This document shows positions 60,372 through 64,000 of a DNA stretch of 64,000 nt, piece by piece. This stretch comes from Tubiluchus corallicola. Taxonomy: Eukaryota > Animalia > Priapulida. Location of the stretch: NCBI GenBank assembly GCA_030141605.1, contig JAQGDQ010001039.1, forward strand, positions 1-64,000, in the 5' to 3' direction. Each line of letters starts with the position of its first letter. The stretch's first letter is position 1. A program made the position numbers and the translations under genes. The notes under the pieces were generated by a model that was given only the letters and a program-made list of their open reading frames with translations, did no database searches and was not told where the DNA came from.

Positions 60372-60880
60372 TGAGAGGGAGAGACAGAGAGAGAGAAAGA
60401 ACGAGAAACAATAAGAAAGAGAAAAAGGAACAAGGAAAGAGAGAGAAAGCAAGTGAAAGAGTGAAAGAGAAAGAGAGAGGAAAAGGCGAGGAAGAGAGTG
60501 AAAGAGACAGAGGAAGGCAGAGAGAGAAAGAGAGGGAGACAGAGATGAGGAGTGAGGGAGAGAGAGATAGGGGAGAGGGAGAGAGAGAGGGTTTAGCGAG
60601 AAGGGGGAAAGGGAGAGAGGGGAAGAGAGAGGGGAGAGAGAGGGGAGAGGGGGAGAAAGAGAAAAAGGAAGAAGGAAAGAGAAGGAAAGTAAGTGAATGA
60701 GTGAGAGAGAAAGAGAGAGGAGAAAGCAAGGAAGAGAGTGAAAGAGACAGAGGAAGGGAGAGAGAGAAAGAGAGGAAGAGAGACAGGAGGAGAGAGAGAG
60801 AGGAGGAGAGAGGGGGAGAGAGAGAGGGGAGAGAGGGAGAAAGAGAGAGAAAGAGAGCTTGAGAGAGAGAGTGAGAGGAA
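60372..60880. repeat. Purine-rich GA low-complexity tract with an internal ~240-bp duplication
   Basis: GGAAGAGAGTGAAAGAGACAGAGGAAGG occurs at ~60490 and ~60730. Confidence 0.85.
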
Positions 60881-61524
60881 TAATGGTGACATCAACTTCT
60901 AATTGATGAAACGGACCTACAAACGACCCGGGCTGTGCTTTGAGGACGCCGACACGCCCACCGCTTCTGATTAAATACATTCGCTAAGCATCCCAGCTAC
61001 TTCTGGATCGATCCCTAATAATCTGGAGTTTAGCGGAGTAGTTGAATCAGCAAGTGACGTCACAGCTGATTTTGCATATTGGCCTACTAGTGGAGTACAG
61101 GCTATCATAAGCACCAGCAATCAAATGGTACTATTGCTGAAATCATCTTCTCACTACGCTGCTGTACAAATAGTAAGAACTGCCAAGAAAAGACTGTATT
61201 ATACAGACTGTACGGGCAGTCTTATTTTTGCATCGCTTACTACTAGTACAGCCATGTAGTAATTGGATGATTTGAACAATAGTATGAAAGAATTGGAAGG
61301 ACGAAATCAAAAAAGGTTGAGTAAAAAAACCGACAACACAGCGAAAAAGAGATTTACCTTTGATAATGAAAACATTTTATGTTAACATTTGATATTGGCG
61401 CCATTTGCAGCTGTGGCGGTTGTTAATCAGCAACGGTTACAGGAGTTTCTTGTGTCACGTCTCGTGTCTCAAATTTCAAACACTTTGTTACTCTCTCCTT
61501 TCCTGAGATAAAAGATTATTAAAT

Positions 61525-62375
61525 AAGCTCTAGTATAACCATTATAGTTGAAACACAAAAACTTTATTTAAACTTAAATTTACATGGTTAAAAAATCAGG
61601 AAACACGTTTCGACACATAAGCAGAGCTCATAGTATAGAACATTATGTAGCTAATTAAGTATTTAACAGAATCCAAATGAGGTTTGTGGTTTCACTACAG
61701 AAAAAACGTCTCATGCAAGTGGACAAAGTCTTTCAAAGTTAAAACACCACAACTTTCTTAAATCTTTTAATTTACGTAGCTAAAAATTAGAAATCGCGTT
61801 TCGACAGAGTTACTGCTGTCTTCATCAGTCGTAAATGTTTACAAACGTGTAACCAGTTTATATGGGCAGAGCGTACAGTATAGAACATTATGCACTAAAT
61901 ATGTGGTTAACAGAAGCCAAATAGGTAATGAATAAACAGACCAGTAGAAAAGAAATTGGTACAGTAACAAATTGCTAAGTGTCTGAGAATAAAATTAAAG
62001 GAATTGAACTGCTTTGCACAATAAGAGAAGGCTTATTAGGGTACATAGATAAACTTTCTTTTATTAATAAGTCCCAGTAATTTGCAGCTCTGGTCACAAT
62101 GCTGAAATCAGCATCGGCTTTGTGGCCAGAAGTACAAATATGGTCAATAAAGTTGGATTGAAGAGAATTCCATAATTTCTTGATATTTCTAGACCAAATG
62201 TTCACAAATTCTTACCTTGAAGTGCCCACATTACATTGACGCTGCTACACTGAACTCATTTACCACTGATGATGACAGCAGTAGTTCTATCGAAACGTTT
62301 AACATGATTTGTAACTATGAGAGTTAAATGTTTTAATAACTTGTGGTGTATTAGCTATAATCATTAGAATACTAA
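61525..62375 (-). mobile_element. Penelope-like element remnant: GIY-YIG C-terminal fragment with tandem and inverted pLTRs carrying hammerhead-like motifs
   Basis: ORF 61975-62205 reads DHICTSGH...FSIVTRAANYWDLLIKESL...KPSLIVQSSSIPLILF. CTGATGA-n-GACAG...CTGTC-GAAAC lies at 61795-61828 (minus) and a related motif at 62266-62300 (plus). Direct repeat ~61540-61680 versus ~61735-61925. Confidence 0.75.
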
Positions 62376-62444
62376 AAAATTGCTTATATACTTTTGATAA
62401 TTATTGAGTGTAGTTCGTATCGTAGCTTTGTTCGTAAATGCACT

Positions 62445-62763
62445 GTTGTTGTTGTTGTTGTTGGCATCCTTCTTTCTCGGAAGACAATGGAGTGTGCGCC
62501 GAGAAAGTCAGTTATTGATCACATTGATGGAGCTGCAGCGTCGACTGTGGCTGAGCAATCCGATCCTTGAACCACTGGAGTGGTCTCTCCAGGGCGCACG
62601 TCTGTGCAAGGCGTATGGAGATCCTGAGTTGCACAGACAACAGGAACCCCCTCTCTTCCTCGCTGGTGTAGTCCAAAAGAAAGTGGAGTGATACGATTTG
62701 TATCAGGTTGGCTGCAGGAGCTACCGGAGTCAGGGGCTCCACCACTGATTTGGAAGGTTTACT
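62445..62763 (-). mobile_element. 5'-truncated copy of the 5S-derived SINE
   Basis: (GTT)n tail plus body matching ~49389-49725. Confidence 0.85.
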
Positions 62764-63527
62764 GTATAATCCTTCAAAGTACAGGGTGGTACATAACTCT
62801 CTTCTAGGAGGGTGCAAAAACAACGATTAACAGTACAGCACAATCTATTACGTCAAAATATTGTTCAAACAATAGCAAATCTATCGTGACCTCAAAATTT
62901 ATTGTTTCACCAAAATTTAGATGGAACAAATTGTTCTGTAACAGTACTCGCTGCTTTTGTACTCCCTAGCAGAAACTTATGTAGCACCCTGTATAGCAGT
63001 GTGATTATACAGACAACCTGACACAGGCAGAATATTAATAATCATCAACGTGACAGACGACTGTCGACTGTCTGTTATTCATGAAATTCGACGAGGCATC
63101 CATTTTTAATTTTGCCGGATAATTTATTTCGTTTATTTATTAATTTGTGGAAATATTTAGACAGGAGACAGATAGTAGTTTGCGCAGCTTGATTTATTAT
63201 CAATGTTTTAGCACGGCGAATAGATAAAGTCAAATATGACAGCTTTCTTCAAGCATTATCCAATTAATGATCTTAATAGAGCTGTGCGTCAGTTTCTTGC
63301 TAAAGATCTCAGCTATTGCTATCACCTAGTTTGCTCTGCACTGCGTGTACCGGTCGCGCATTATTGTCGTTCGTTATTCCGTGTTTTTTATTCTTTCCCG
63401 TTTCGTCATTTGTGCTGGTTATTAAGCGCGTTGCTACATACGTAACTCTTGCAGCTGACTACTCTCGTCGTCTCCCTGATGTTTCCTTTTCCGCCATCCT
63501 CATTGTCTTCCGCAGTTTTGAAATCGG

Positions 63528-63950
63528 CACCATCATCACCGTCATCATCATCATCATAGTCGTCGTCGTCGTCGTCGTAGTCGTCATCATCAGCGTCATC
63601 GTCGTCATCTTAATATCTTCGTTGTCGTCATCGGCAACTCTCCGTCACTGTTCTTCACCATAATATTCACTACTATCATCATCATCGTAGTCAGTGTTAA
63701 CATTATCATCTTCATCATTATCATCATCGTCATTGCCGTCATCACCATCGTCATCATCATAATCATCATCATCAATTATCAGGATCATAAGTCAAACAAC
63801 AAGTTGTCATTATTAACATCATCTTCGTCATTATCATCATCGTCATAATCATCATCGTCATCGTCGTCATCATATCATCGTCATAATCGTCATGATCACA
63901 ATCATCATCATCAATTATCAGGGCCATAAATCAAACAACAAGTTGTCATT
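63528..63950. repeat. Degenerate (CAT/CGT)n microsatellite with an internal ~140-bp duplication
   Basis: Direct reading; CATCAATTATCAGG...TCAAACAACAAGTTGTCATT occurs twice. Confidence 0.85.
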
Positions 63951-64000
63951 GTTTATAGTTCCAACTGTCTTTGATTTTTGACAAATTTTTAAAAGTGACT

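Overview
AT-rich eukaryotic (metazoan invertebrate) genomic DNA, not prokaryotic. The left half (about 0.3-29.8 kb) is a tandemly duplicated gene cluster. It holds three intact, intronless paralogs of a type I membrane protein (signal peptide, CUB-like domain, 6, 26 or 13 Notch/fibropellin-type EGF repeats, WAP domain, TM helix, acidic Tyr tail), plus a divergent frameshifted paralog and a 5' fragment. Two of the intact genes sit head-to-head with an unrecognised ~390-400 aa ORF. The paralogs are sequence mosaics with a variable N-terminal tip and a variable-length stalk, and the duplication endpoints fall in copies of a TTAA-flanked (Kolobok-like) element. The right half is repeat-rich: compound microsatellites, minisatellites, MITEs, LINE and Penelope fragments with hammerhead-like motifs, and a 5S rRNA-derived SINE present four times across the window. 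It also holds the first coding exon of a voltage-gated sodium channel-like gene (45803-46066). In that gene's apparent first intron lies a two-exon, probably GPI-anchored LRR gene whose splice donor has been amplified into a 55-bp minisatellite. All calls are from manual reading; no database searches were run.
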